Assembly: GCA_001829155.1 (NCBI GenBank)
Contig: MIAO01000061.1
Location: forward strand, 31,714 to 95,713
Direction: 5' to 3'
Length of the DNA stretch: 64,000 nucleotides
DNA from: Spirochaetes bacterium GWB1_36_13
GTDB taxonomy: Bacteria > Spirochaetota > GWB1-36-13
Both the position numbers and the translations under genes were made by a program. This document shows, piece by piece, positions 48,657-57,898 of this stretch. The notes under the pieces were generated by a model that did no database searches, had not been told where the DNA came from, and saw only the letters and a program-made list of their open reading frames with translations. Numbering within the stretch: position 1 is the stretch's first letter; every line of letters begins with the position of its first letter.

Positions 48657-49588
48657 AAAAATATCTTGCTTTAAGAGAAATATACGGACAAAAACTGGTT
48701 GAGCTGGGAAAAAATGATGAAAATATTTTTGTAATGGATGCGGATTTATCAGGGTCAACACGAACGGTTCTTTTTAAGAATCAGTTTCCTGACCGTCATT
48801 TTAATATGGGAATTGCTGAATGCAATATGCTTCTTTTTGCAGCAGGAGCCGCTATCAGCGGTAAAACTGTTTTTGCCAGTTCTTTTGCTATGTTTGAAAC
48901 AGGAAGAGCCTGGGAGATTATCAGAAATACCATTGCCCACGACAACCTGAATGTTAAGATTGTATCTACCCATGCGGGGATTTCAGTCGGTGAAGACGGT
49001 TATTCCCATCAGGCAAATGAAGATATAGCTTTAATGCGCGCTATTCCGAATATGCAGGTTTTATGCCCTGCGGATGCTTTAGAAACAGGCGCTATGATAG
49101 AATATGCCGCTGAAACAAAGGGTCCGATGTATATTCGTTTGAGCCGTGAAACTTTTCCGGTGTTGTTTCAGGAAGAATCGTATTCTTTTACCCCGAACCA
49201 GGCAAAAGTATTAAAAGACGGAAAGGATGTAACCTTAATTGCCTGCGGCAGAATGGTGGATTTTGCCCTTGAAGCTTCTCATAAACTTGAAGACGAGAAA
49301 ATATCTGTGCGTGTTTTAAATGCTTCGTCTATTAAACCGATGGATAGTGAAGCAATTATAGAATCAGCCCGAAAAACTAAATTAATCATTACCTGTGAAG
49401 AGCATAGTATTATCGGCGGTCTTGGAAGCGCTGTGATTGAACTTCTTTCAGATAGTTATCCGGTAAAAGTGATTCGAATGGGATTAAAAGATGTTTTTGG
49501 ACAGTCGGGGAAACCTCAAGAATTGTTCAAATTTTACGAACTCTCAACCGAAGATATTATCAAAACAGTAAAAGAAAATTTGCAATAA
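48653..49588 (+). CDS. tktB: Transketolase, C-terminal (pyrimidine-binding and C-terminal domain) subunit
   Basis: The FNMGIAECNM pyrimidine-binding motif. 4-bp overlap with the N-terminal subunit gene. Confidence 0.85.
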   Translation: MKKYLALREIYGQKLVELGKNDENIFVMDADLSGSTRTVLFKNQFPDRHFNMGIAECNMLLFAAGAAISGKTVFASSFAMFETGRAWEIIRNTIAHDNLNVKIVSTHAGISVGEDGYSHQANEDIALMRAIPNMQVLCPADALETGAMIEYAAETKGPMYIRLSRETFPVLFQEESYSFTPNQAKVLKDGKDVTLIACGRMVDFALEASHKLEDEKISVRVLNASSIKPMDSEAIIESARKTKLIITCEEHSIIGGLGSAVIELLSDSYPVKVIRMGLKDVFGQSGKPQELFKFYELSTEDIIKTVKENLQ

Positions 49589-49716
49589 GTCAGGACTGAT
49601 TTTCTGATTCTTTTTATTATTTTAATAAATACTTTAAAAATAACTTGATTTTTTTTAGTATTTATTTTTTATATAAAGAATCATTCTTGATTTCATCGTA
49701 AAAAAAGGAGCAGATC

Positions 49717-51768
49717 ATGGTTAATCTGAGTACAGGGTACAAGAAGTTATTAAAAGAATTTATTTATAATCCTTCTTATTCTAATATCCTTCTTTTTATT
49801 CAGGAAAACTCTCCCGTTAATCTTGAAAAACTGAAAGAAAAATACGATGAACAAGAAATGAAACTGGTTATGAAATATCTTATCGATAATGAGCTTGTCT
49901 CAAGGGATGGAAATGATTTTTCTTTTACCCCTTCATCCATCTATACTTATTTTGATGTTTTTCTTGAAAACTTTAAACTGGCAAAAGGAATTTTTTATGA
50001 TCAAGTCAGAAGTAATTTTGAACAAAAAGCTTTTAATACAATTATTTTAAAAGACCGGCTTAATGAAACTTTTGAAAACTTGAATAAATATTCAAGAATT
50101 GCGGCTAAATTTAAAAGTTATTATAAAAAAGAAGACCTTTATAAAAAATCGGCTCTTCTGGCTTTTGATGAAATCAATGCTGATGCTCTTGAAGTTTATG
50201 AAGTAGATGGAACTCAATTTAAAATGGTCGCTTTTAAATATCGGGAAACCCCTACTTTTTCTCAGACCGAAGAAGAACTGAAACATTTAAACAATCTGGT
50301 TAAAATCAGGGAACCTTTGATTATGAATAATCCTCAGAATGATTCTATTCGTGAAAAAAAGATTTTTGCTATCTTTCCTTTGCTGGAAGAAGAAGGCGGG
50401 GAGAAAAAACTTTCCAATATTCTTTTATTCGGCTTTGACAACCGAAAAGTTTCCATGATTAAAGATCACATCTTGGAGCTTTTAGACGGATTTACTTTGA
50501 ATTTCCGCTTGACTCTTAAAACGGTTAAAATGATCCAGATTCTCGAAGATAAAGTCAATCAAAGAACCAGTGAATTAAAATCAGCAAATAATCAGCTGAA
50601 AGAAATCAACCGCGAGATTGATGAAAAAAATAAAGAGAAAATCAAAGAGATCGGAATTGCTGCCAATATTCAAAGAACGGTAGTGCCGGACCCTAAAAAA
50701 ATACCAAAAATCGGACCTTTAAATCTGGGCGCGAGCTGGGTGGCGATGCCTCTTAAAATGAAGGGGCTGGATAAAGAAAAAGCGAATGTAAAAGAAGTAG
50801 CAGGGGATTTTTATAACTACTACAAGGTGAATGACGATGAAATTGGAATTGTGATTGCAGATGCATCCGGGCACGGAATTCCTGCCGCTCTTTTGACCAT
50901 GATGGCGAGTGCGGCGTTTTCTTTTAATTCCAGAAAAGGCGGCACTACCGCAGATATCTGTGAGAGAGCCAATAAAGAGATCCATAGAGCGATCGGGGAT
51001 ATCGGGTATTATCTGACTGTTTTTTATCTGAAAGTCAATCTGGTGACACTGGATGTTGAGTTTACCAATGCTGGGCACCACTATGCGATTGTTTATAGGA
51101 GAGAGACAGGAGTCATCGAACACTGGAACAGTGAAGGATTTTTCATTGGAGCTTTTGCGGACGCCGCTTATGGTTATGGAAGAAGCAAGCTTTATCCGGG
51201 GGATAAAGTGGTGATGTACACAGACGGTTTTGATGAATCCAGAAACTCAGAGGGAGAATTCTTCGGAGAAGAAAGAATTGATAATTTCACGATTGAAAAT
51301 AAAGATGTTCATTGCAAGGATTTTGCGGATATGCTTTTTAACTATGTCAACGAATTCTGTAATTTTGCGCCGGGATGGGACGACCGAACTCTTGTGGTTA
51401 TTGATGTGAATCCGGATGGTACGGTAGATGTAGCCAATAATAAATCCAAAAACATCATGGTGGAAAACATGATGACTTATCTGAATAAAAAAGAATATAA
51501 CAACGCTGAAAAAGAAGTCTTGAAATACATTGAGCACCATGGGGAAAATTCTGAAATTCTCCTTCATTTGGGCGATGTCTATTATCTTCAGGGAATGTTT
51601 AATAAAGCGGAAGCCGCTTTCCAAAAAGCCCGAAAAGCTGATCCAAAAGACCCGCGGCCTCTCCAGGGATTGACAAAGGTAGCCAATGCGACTGAAGACT
51701 ATACAGGAGCGGCAGAATACAGTCAGGAAGCAACCCGCCTTGCCCTGATTCAGAAAAAAAAGAAATAG
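49717..51768 (+). CDS. PP2C-type (SpoIIE/RsbU-family) serine phosphatase with C-terminal TPR repeats
   Basis: GDFYNYY...IVIADASGHGIPAA...YTDGFDE SpoIIE motifs. C-terminal TPR-like repeats (YYLQGMFNKAEAAFQKA). Confidence 0.7.
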   Translation: MVNLSTGYKKLLKEFIYNPSYSNILLFIQENSPVNLEKLKEKYDEQEMKLVMKYLIDNELVSRDGNDFSFTPSSIYTYFDVFLENFKLAKGIFYDQVRSNFEQKAFNTIILKDRLNETFENLNKYSRIAAKFKSYYKKEDLYKKSALLAFDEINADALEVYEVDGTQFKMVAFKYRETPTFSQTEEELKHLNNLVKIREPLIMNNPQNDSIREKKIFAIFPLLEEEGGEKKLSNILLFGFDNRKVSMIKDHILELLDGFTLNFRLTLKTVKMIQILEDKVNQRTSELKSANNQLKEINREIDEKNKEKIKEIGIAANIQRTVVPDPKKIPKIGPLNLGASWVAMPLKMKGLDKEKANVKEVAGDFYNYYKVNDDEIGIVIADASGHGIPAALLTMMASAAFSFNSRKGGTTADICERANKEIHRAIGDIGYYLTVFYLKVNLVTLDVEFTNAGHHYAIVYRRETGVIEHWNSEGFFIGAFADAAYGYGRSKLYPGDKVVMYTDGFDESRNSEGEFFGEERIDNFTIENKDVHCKDFADMLFNYVNEFCNFAPGWDDRTLVVIDVNPDGTVDVANNKSKNIMVENMMTYLNKKEYNNAEKEVLKYIEHHGENSEILLHLGDVYYLQGMFNKAEAAFQKARKADPKDPRPLQGLTKVANATEDYTGAAEYSQEATRLALIQKKKK

Positions 51769-51820
51769 CCAAAACTTGTTTTTCTGAAATATAATTATTA
51801 AATTTAAATGGTTCAATTTA

Positions 51821-51894
51821 GGGCTCATAGCTCAGTTGGTTAGAGCGGATGACTCATAATCATTAGGTCGGAGGTTCAAGTCCTCCTGGGCCCA
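51821..51894 (+). tRNA. tRNA with CAU anticodon (elongator tRNA-Met, or tRNA-Ile2 if lysidinylated); no encoded CCA
   Basis: A 74-nt cloverleaf traced by hand. The acceptor stem is GGGCTCA/TGGGCCC (7 bp, one G-U). D-arm GCTCAGTTGGTTAGAGC. Anticodon loop CTCATAA with U33-CAU-A37. T-arm GGAGGTTCAAGTCCTCC. The G1-C72 pair argues against an initiator. Confidence 0.85.
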
Positions 51895-51996
51895 TTTTTC
51901 ATTAAAACAATCTAGAATCTCTTCATTTTTTGAAGCTTTTAATATTAAGTAGTCAGGCTGTCGATTATTGAAAACTATTTCCATCAATCGTCTTGT

Positions 51997-52158
51997 TATA
52001 CTGAAATAATTTTAAATTGCAAAAAAACGACTCCTTTCTGTCATTCCCGCGAAGGCGGGAATCTATTGACAATAAGTGTTTTAAATTAAAGATTCCGGTC
52101 TTTTGCAAGCAAAAACCGGAATGACAATTTTGCATTTTATATTCAGTTATTGTATATA
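51997..52158 (+). repeat. MITE-like palindromic repeat, copy A
   Basis: Shares 5' TATACTGAAAT(A/G)ATTTTAAATTGCAAAAAA and 3' GACAATTTTGCATTTTATATTCAGTT termini and the GTCATTCC...GGAATGAC core with copies B and C. Confidence 0.75.
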
Positions 52159-52351
52159 TCATTGATATTTGTAAGTTGATCAGAAAGTGTCATTGTCTTT
52201 TCTGATGCAATCTTTCATAGTTTTGTTTTGCTCATTAATCGAAGCCATGCGGTCACTGAGCACAGCCGAAGTGACACCTCGACTCCGCTCGGTGTCCGAG
52301 TTCATTTAAATAATAATCGACAGCCTGAATAGTTATTTGAAAACTTTTTTA

Positions 52352-52514
52352 TATACTGAAATGATTTTAAATTGCAAAAAATCCATGTCATTCCCCGGCT
52401 TGACCGGGGAATCTATTGAGCAAGATAATCAATTTACTGGATTGTCCGGTCAAGCCGGACAATGACAATTTTGGGTTGAAAATATTTGCAATTTAAATTC
52501 AATTATGTATATAC
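52352..52514 (+). repeat. MITE-like palindromic repeat, copy B (diverged core with compensatory hairpin changes)
   Basis: Same termini as copy A. The core hairpin is CCCCGGCTTGACCGGGG instead of CCCGCGAAGGCGGG. The second arm GTCCGGTCAAGCCGGAC is the reverse complement of the first. Confidence 0.75.
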
Positions 52515-52651
52515 AATTGTGAGACATATCAAGCAAAAAAGGTATCTAAAATGAAATATAACTTTTCTTTAATAGATGGAAAAACATTTGTACATCCAAA
52601 AACATCTGAAAACCCACTCCTCTCCAGTAAAACCAGAGAGGAAAAAAGATT

Positions 52652-55216
52652 TTATTTTACTACAAAATTGACTAATTTATTAGGGACAAAAATTTCCTTC
52701 ACAATCGTTTTGCCTTCCATATGTTTGGAAACTGCTTCTTTTGCTTTTGCAATAATCGCCTCTTTTGGAGCATCCACCGGCATATCCAGATTGGCTCTGA
52801 GTTTTCCATTGACCTGAACCACAATTTTTACTTCGTTGTCGATCAGGAAAGACTCATTGTGAGACGGCCAGGAAAGCTCATGAATGGATTGGCTTTTTTC
52901 AGATAAAACGGAATAAAGCTCTTCTGAAATATGAGGTGCGATCGGAAAGAGGAGGCGGAGAAGGATCAGAGTTCCTTCTTTTAAGATTTTTTTATCTTCA
53001 TTGTTTTCAGGCTGAAAAGAAGTCAGATGGTTTAAATATTCCATCAGAAAGGCAATTCCTGTGTTGAACCGGTATTCTACTGTAAAATCTTCCGTTACTT
53101 TCTTAATGGTTTTATGGATGATTTTATTGATTTCAGCCCCGGATTTAGAGAGGTTTTCCAGTTTCAGGGTTTTCGGGTCAATATTTTTTAATTCTTCAAA
53201 ATTCTTTAAGGCTAGTTGAAAAATTCTTCTTAAAAATCGGGCAGCGCCTTCGATTCCGGTATCGCTCCATTCCAAATCTTTTTCCGGCGGGGCTGCAAAA
53301 AGCATAAAAACCCGGACTGTGTCGGCGCCGTATTTTTTCACCATTTCATCGGGATCGATACCGTTTTTCTTGGATTTCGACATTTTATCCACTTTCACAG
53401 TCAGTTCAGCCTGACAGTGAGGGCATTTTCCGTTATCTGTCTCAGAAGGCGGGATATATCCATGAGTTTTGCAGTGAAAAGAGTGGGCTACCACCATCCC
53501 TTGGGTAAGAAGTCTTTTAAAAGGTTCATCTGAATCCACCAAACCCAAATCCCGCATCACCTTGTGAAAAAATCGGGAGTAGAGAAGGTGCATCACAGCA
53601 TGCTCAATTCCGCCCACATACTGATCTACGCTCATCCAATAATTTCCTTCTGTTTTCTCAAAAGGGGCACTCTCGCATTTCGGAGAAGCGAAGCGGGCAT
53701 AATACCAGGATGAATCCACAAAAGTATCCATAGTATCGGTCTCTCTTCTGGCGTGGCTGCTTCCGCAGACAGGACAGGTCACATTCATAAAGGCTTTAGA
53801 GGTGGCAAGAGGGTTTCCTCCCTTTGAAAAATCCACATCTTCAGGCAAAATCACGGGAAGGTTTTCCAGTTTTTCAGGAACAATTCCGCATTTATCACAG
53901 TAAATCATCGGAATTGGGGTGCCCCAGTATCTTTGGCGGGATAGGAGCCAGTCTTTCAGGCGGTAATTGACTGTTTTGGTTCCGATCCCGATTTCTTCTG
54001 CTTTTTCGATGATTTTTTCAATCGCTGTTTTATTGTCAAGCCCTGAAAAATCAGAAGAATCGGTCAAAATTCCTTCTCCTGTATAGGCTTCTTTCATTTC
54101 AGAGACAGAAAGCTCGGTTCCCTTCGGCTGGATTACAACTTTGATCGGGAGATTGTATTTTTTTGCAAAGAGAAAGTCTCTCTGGTCGTGGGCAGGAACG
54201 CACATAACCGCGCCCGTGCCGTATTCCATCAAGACAAAATCAGCGGCGTAGAGAGGCGTTTTTTCGCCTGTAAAAGGGTGAGTCACATATTCTCCGGTAA
54301 AAACGCCGTTTTTATCCACACCTTCCGCTGTCCGCTCTATTTTGCTCTCTTTCTTGACTTTTTCGACAAAATTTTTCAGTTCAATATTTTCCGGTTTTTT
54401 TTCAAGGATTTTTTTAATCACGGGGTGCTCAGGAGCAACTGCCATATAGGTAACGCCGAAAATAGTATCGGGACGAGTGGTGAAAATAGGAAGGTCTTCA
54501 TTGTTCCATTTAAAATCAGCCTGAAGCCCGATTGATTTACCGATCCAGTTTTTCTGCATGGAAAGAACCCGTTCCGGCCATCCGCCTTCCAGTTCTTTAT
54601 GCCCTTCTAAAAGTTCTTCCGCGTATTGGGTGATTTTAAAATACCACTGGGAGAGTTCTTTCGGTTCCACTTCGCTCCCGCATCTCCAGCACTGACCGTC
54701 TTCCACCTGCTCATTGGCAAGAACAGTCTGACATTTTTCGCACCAGTTCACGGTTCCTTCTTTTTTTTCCACCAAGCCTTTTTTGAGCATTTTTAAAAAC
54801 AGCCACTGATTCCATTTATAGTAATCGGGTTTACAGGTAGCGATTTCCCTTTCCCAGTCGTAGGAAATTCCGATTTTCTGGATTTGGGACTTCATATTTT
54901 CAATGTTTTGAAAGGTCCATTTTGCGGGGTGAATCCCGTTGTCGATGGCTGCATTTTCAGCAGGGAGCCCGAAAGCGTCCCATCCGCCTGGATTCATCAC
55001 ATTAAACCCCTGGAGCCTCTTGATTCTGGAGATGACATCCCCAATGGTATAAACCCTCACATGCCCCATGTGAAGCTTTCCGGAAGGGTAGGCAAACATC
55101 ATTAAAACATAAAATTTTTCTTTTTCTTGATCTAGAACGGCTTTGGAATAATTTTTTTCTTCCCAGAGTTTTTGCCATTTTTTCTCTATTTCCCAGAATT
55201 GGTATTCTTTTTCCAT
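52652..55216 (-). CDS. leuS: Leucine--tRNA ligase
   Basis: HMGH (class I HIGH motif variant), a CP1 editing domain, and KMSKS. 854 aa. Confidence 0.95.
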   Translation of the reverse strand: MEKEYQFWEIEKKWQKLWEEKNYSKAVLDQEKEKFYVLMMFAYPSGKLHMGHVRVYTIGDVISRIKRLQGFNVMNPGGWDAFGLPAENAAIDNGIHPAKWTFQNIENMKSQIQKIGISYDWEREIATCKPDYYKWNQWLFLKMLKKGLVEKKEGTVNWCEKCQTVLANEQVEDGQCWRCGSEVEPKELSQWYFKITQYAEELLEGHKELEGGWPERVLSMQKNWIGKSIGLQADFKWNNEDLPIFTTRPDTIFGVTYMAVAPEHPVIKKILEKKPENIELKNFVEKVKKESKIERTAEGVDKNGVFTGEYVTHPFTGEKTPLYAADFVLMEYGTGAVMCVPAHDQRDFLFAKKYNLPIKVVIQPKGTELSVSEMKEAYTGEGILTDSSDFSGLDNKTAIEKIIEKAEEIGIGTKTVNYRLKDWLLSRQRYWGTPIPMIYCDKCGIVPEKLENLPVILPEDVDFSKGGNPLATSKAFMNVTCPVCGSSHARRETDTMDTFVDSSWYYARFASPKCESAPFEKTEGNYWMSVDQYVGGIEHAVMHLLYSRFFHKVMRDLGLVDSDEPFKRLLTQGMVVAHSFHCKTHGYIPPSETDNGKCPHCQAELTVKVDKMSKSKKNGIDPDEMVKKYGADTVRVFMLFAAPPEKDLEWSDTGIEGAARFLRRIFQLALKNFEELKNIDPKTLKLENLSKSGAEINKIIHKTIKKVTEDFTVEYRFNTGIAFLMEYLNHLTSFQPENNEDKKILKEGTLILLRLLFPIAPHISEELYSVLSEKSQSIHELSWPSHNESFLIDNEVKIVVQVNGKLRANLDMPVDAPKEAIIAKAKEAVSKHMEGKTIVKEIFVPNKLVNFVVK

Positions 55217-55324
55217 GATTAAGCCTCTTTATCAAAATTTTCACTCATAAAAAATAATAAAAAAAAACTTTTTTTTTAAAAAGAGTGAAACATTTTTGGA
55301 TTAAAAAAGAATACTCTATCGATA

Positions 55325-55474
55325 TATACTGAAATGATTTTAAATTGCAAAAAAAAGACCCCTTCCGGTCATTCCCGCGAAGGCGGGAATCTATTGACAA
55401 TAAGTGTTTTAATTTTTTTTGCAAGCAAAATCTGAAATGACAGTTTTGCATTTTATATTCAGTTGTGTATAATA
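55325..55474 (+). repeat. MITE-like palindromic repeat, copy C (A-type core, partly degraded 3' arm)
   Basis: Near-identical to copy A through GTCATTCCCGCGAAGGCGGGAATCTATTGACAATAAGTGTTTTAA. There is a deletion in the second hairpin. Confidence 0.75.
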
Positions 55475-55556
55475 AAAAAAATAAAAAAATTTGTTTCAGA
55501 TTTTTTCTCGTTATATTTTATTTTTGTTAAGCTATCATTTAAGGAAGTAAATAAGA

Positions 55557-56687
55557 GTGACATTATTAAAAGGAAAATACGGCGAAGCAAAAATTTTTGC
55601 ATCTATGATTGAAGAAGAAGCGGTTGAGCAGATCAAAACTTTTTTGGATCATCAGGCGTTTGAAGGTTCTTCTATTGCAGTGATGCCGGATGTGCACAGC
55701 GGAAAAGGAAGCGTGGTCGGGTTTACGATGACAGCCAATGAATTTGTGATCCCCAATATTATCGGGGTCGATATCGGTTGCGGGGTTTTGGCATACCGTT
55801 TGGGAAAAATTGAGTTTCAGTTTGATGAACTGGATCGGTTTATCCGAAGAAGGATTCCATTCGGCTTTGAAGTCAATTCAAGTCTTCCGGATTCGCTCCC
55901 TTCCCTTTTTCCAAAAAAAATAAAGAAAATAACTGATAAAATCAGTTTGAATTATGAAAAAGTACTTTGTTCTATCGGATCATTAGGAGGAGGCAACCAC
56001 TATATAGAAATAGATCAGGAAGAAGAAAGCGGAGAGTACTGGCTCGTTATTCACAGCGGATCAAGAAATTTCGGGCTTCAGACAGCCAATTATCATCAAA
56101 AAAAAGCAAAAGAGTATAGTTTTAAAAAAAATCTGAAACTTCCGAAAGATCTGGAATACCTGCCTTTAAAAGAAGGAGGGGAAGAGTATCTGGAAGACAT
56201 GAAGACAGCCCAGGAACTGGCTCATTTAAACCGGATGGAGATGGCGGGGAGGATTGTCAGAGATTTTTTTAATCTGAAAGAAGAAAATCTTGAAAAAATT
56301 GAATCCATTCATAATTATATCAATTTTAAGGATAAAATCATCCGTAAGGGCGCTATTTCCGCTTATTCCGGCGAAGACTTGATTATTCCTTTAAATATGA
56401 GAGACGGAGCGATTCTTGGCAAGGGGAAGGGAAAAGAATCCTGGAATTTTTCCGCCCCCCATGGAGCTGGAAGGGTTTTATCCCGCACCAAGGCAAAGAA
56501 AAACATTTCTTTGAAAGATTATTATGAATCGATGAAGGGTGTCTGGAGCAGCTGCGTGAGTTTCAAAACACTCGATGAATCGCCTTTTGCCTACAAATCT
56601 TCAGATTCTATCATTAAAAATATTGAAGATTCTGTGGAAATTCAGAAGATTATCAAGCCTGTTTATAATTTCAAGGCAGAAAGTTGA
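55557..56687 (+). CDS. rtcB: RNA-splicing ligase RtcB
   Basis: GTG start with an AAGGAAG RBS. Motifs AVMPDVHSGKGS, CGV, GGNHY, HSGSRN and APHGAGR (metal-binding His/Cys and nucleophilic His). Confidence 0.85.
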   Translation: MTLLKGKYGEAKIFASMIEEEAVEQIKTFLDHQAFEGSSIAVMPDVHSGKGSVVGFTMTANEFVIPNIIGVDIGCGVLAYRLGKIEFQFDELDRFIRRRIPFGFEVNSSLPDSLPSLFPKKIKKITDKISLNYEKVLCSIGSLGGGNHYIEIDQEEESGEYWLVIHSGSRNFGLQTANYHQKKAKEYSFKKNLKLPKDLEYLPLKEGGEEYLEDMKTAQELAHLNRMEMAGRIVRDFFNLKEENLEKIESIHNYINFKDKIIRKGAISAYSGEDLIIPLNMRDGAILGKGKGKESWNFSAPHGAGRVLSRTKAKKNISLKDYYESMKGVWSSCVSFKTLDESPFAYKSSDSIIKNIEDSVEIQKIIKPVYNFKAES

Positions 56688-56806
56688 GAGTTTTTTGAAT
56701 TAAAATTAAAAATATTTAGAATTAAAGAGGGATTTTGAATAAATTTAATTATTATTATAATTATTTATTTTTTCAAGAAATAATATGAAAAAAATTGGAG
56801 TTTTTT

Positions 56807-57898
56807 GTGGAAGATATTAAGAATATGACAAAAAAAGGATATGAACTTTTAAAAAAAGGGGATATATCTGGAGCGTATAGAGAATTTAAACTGGCATATG
56901 AATTTGAACCTGAAAATACTTATGTTTTGGTTGGGCTGGGAGAGTCTTTAAGAAAGCAGAAGAAATTTCATGATGCATTGAAATTTTATTCAAAAGCACA
57001 CGAGATTGAACCTCAAAACCGTTTTGCGATGCTGGGGATCGGTGATTCCTACCGGGGATTGAAAGAACGGGATAAAGCTTTAGCGATCTGGTTGAAATAT
57101 GTTAAAACCAATCCCAACGATTATTCAATTACCACAAGAATAGCCGACGCTTATAAACAGGTGGGAGACAACGCTTTGGCAGAAGAGTATTATGATAAAG
57201 CGCTTGAAATTAATGTGAATAATAAATTTGCTCTCATGGGAATGGGGGATCTTTATTACAAACAGGGAAAATACAGTATGGCGACGGTTTACTGGGAAAA
57301 ACTCCTGAAAATAGAACCCAATCTTGTCAATATTTTGACGATGGTGGGAAATATCTATAGAAAAAAGAAGGCTTTTGAAGATGCGGTTCGTTTTTATAGA
57401 AGAACTTTGGAGCTGGAACCCAGCAATGCTTATGCGACTTTTGGGATTGCGGATTGTTTGAGAGGACTTCAGCAATATGAGGAAGCGATAGAGTATTATG
57501 AAAAAATGAAAAAACTGGACTCTGAAAATCCAAAAATATGGACCCGCCTAGGGGATTGTTATATTAATGTGAAACGCTTAAAAGACGCGGAAAAAGCCTA
57601 TCGGACTGGGCTTTCTGTCAATGCTGGAAAATACGGATGGTATGGAATCGCAAAAGTAAAAGAACTGGAAGGGAAACCTGAAGAAGCTTTAAAAATTTTA
57701 AAACAGCTGGCTGAACAGGAACCGGAAGAAGAAAGAAGCTATCTGGATATTCTTTCCATTCTTTTCACATATTATCCTGAACAGGTTAAAGATTTTATTG
57801 ATGAAACTCTGAAAAAATTTCCTGATTTTAAAAATTTAAATCATGCTTACAGCAACATGATGATGAAACAGTTTGAAAAAAATGTGGAAATCATTTAA
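56807..57898 (+). CDS. TPR-repeat protein
   Basis: About 8 TPR units (…AxxxYxKALEIxPxN…). GTG start with a GGAG RBS (track ORF starts at TTG 56795). Confidence 0.6.
   Translation: MEDIKNMTKKGYELLKKGDISGAYREFKLAYEFEPENTYVLVGLGESLRKQKKFHDALKFYSKAHEIEPQNRFAMLGIGDSYRGLKERDKALAIWLKYVKTNPNDYSITTRIADAYKQVGDNALAEEYYDKALEINVNNKFALMGMGDLYYKQGKYSMATVYWEKLLKIEPNLVNILTMVGNIYRKKKAFEDAVRFYRRTLELEPSNAYATFGIADCLRGLQQYEEAIEYYEKMKKLDSENPKIWTRLGDCYINVKRLKDAEKAYRTGLSVNAGKYGWYGIAKVKELEGKPEEALKILKQLAEQEPEEERSYLDILSILFTYYPEQVKDFIDETLKKFPDFKNLNHAYSNMMMKQFEKNVEII

Noticed and set aside
51821-51894. Considered calling the CAU tRNA an initiator tRNA-fMet
   Set aside because: The G1-C72 pair is a Watson-Crick pair, and the anticodon stem lacks the three consecutive G-C pairs of initiators. 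Elongator Met or Ile2 (lysidine) is more likely.
51965-52162. 65-aa minus-strand ORF (…LLSIDSRLRGNDRKESFFCNLK…) and its relative at 55245-55451
   Set aside because: Both are translations across the MITE-like repeat copies. The shared peptide comes from the GC-hairpin core (GTCATTCCCGCGAAGGCGGGAATC). They have no RBS or independent conservation, so they are treated as spurious repeat-derived ORFs.
52560-52651. Hairpin TCCTCTC-N11-GAGAGGA just downstream of the leuS stop, considered as a terminator
   Set aside because: The stem is present. On the minus strand the U-run precedes the hairpin rather than following it, so it is not a convincing intrinsic terminator. It could still be a processing or stability element.
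52551-52817. 88-aa plus-strand ORF overlapping the 3' end of leuS
   Set aside because: Antisense to a highly conserved leuS region. Low-complexity product. Most likely a chance ORF.
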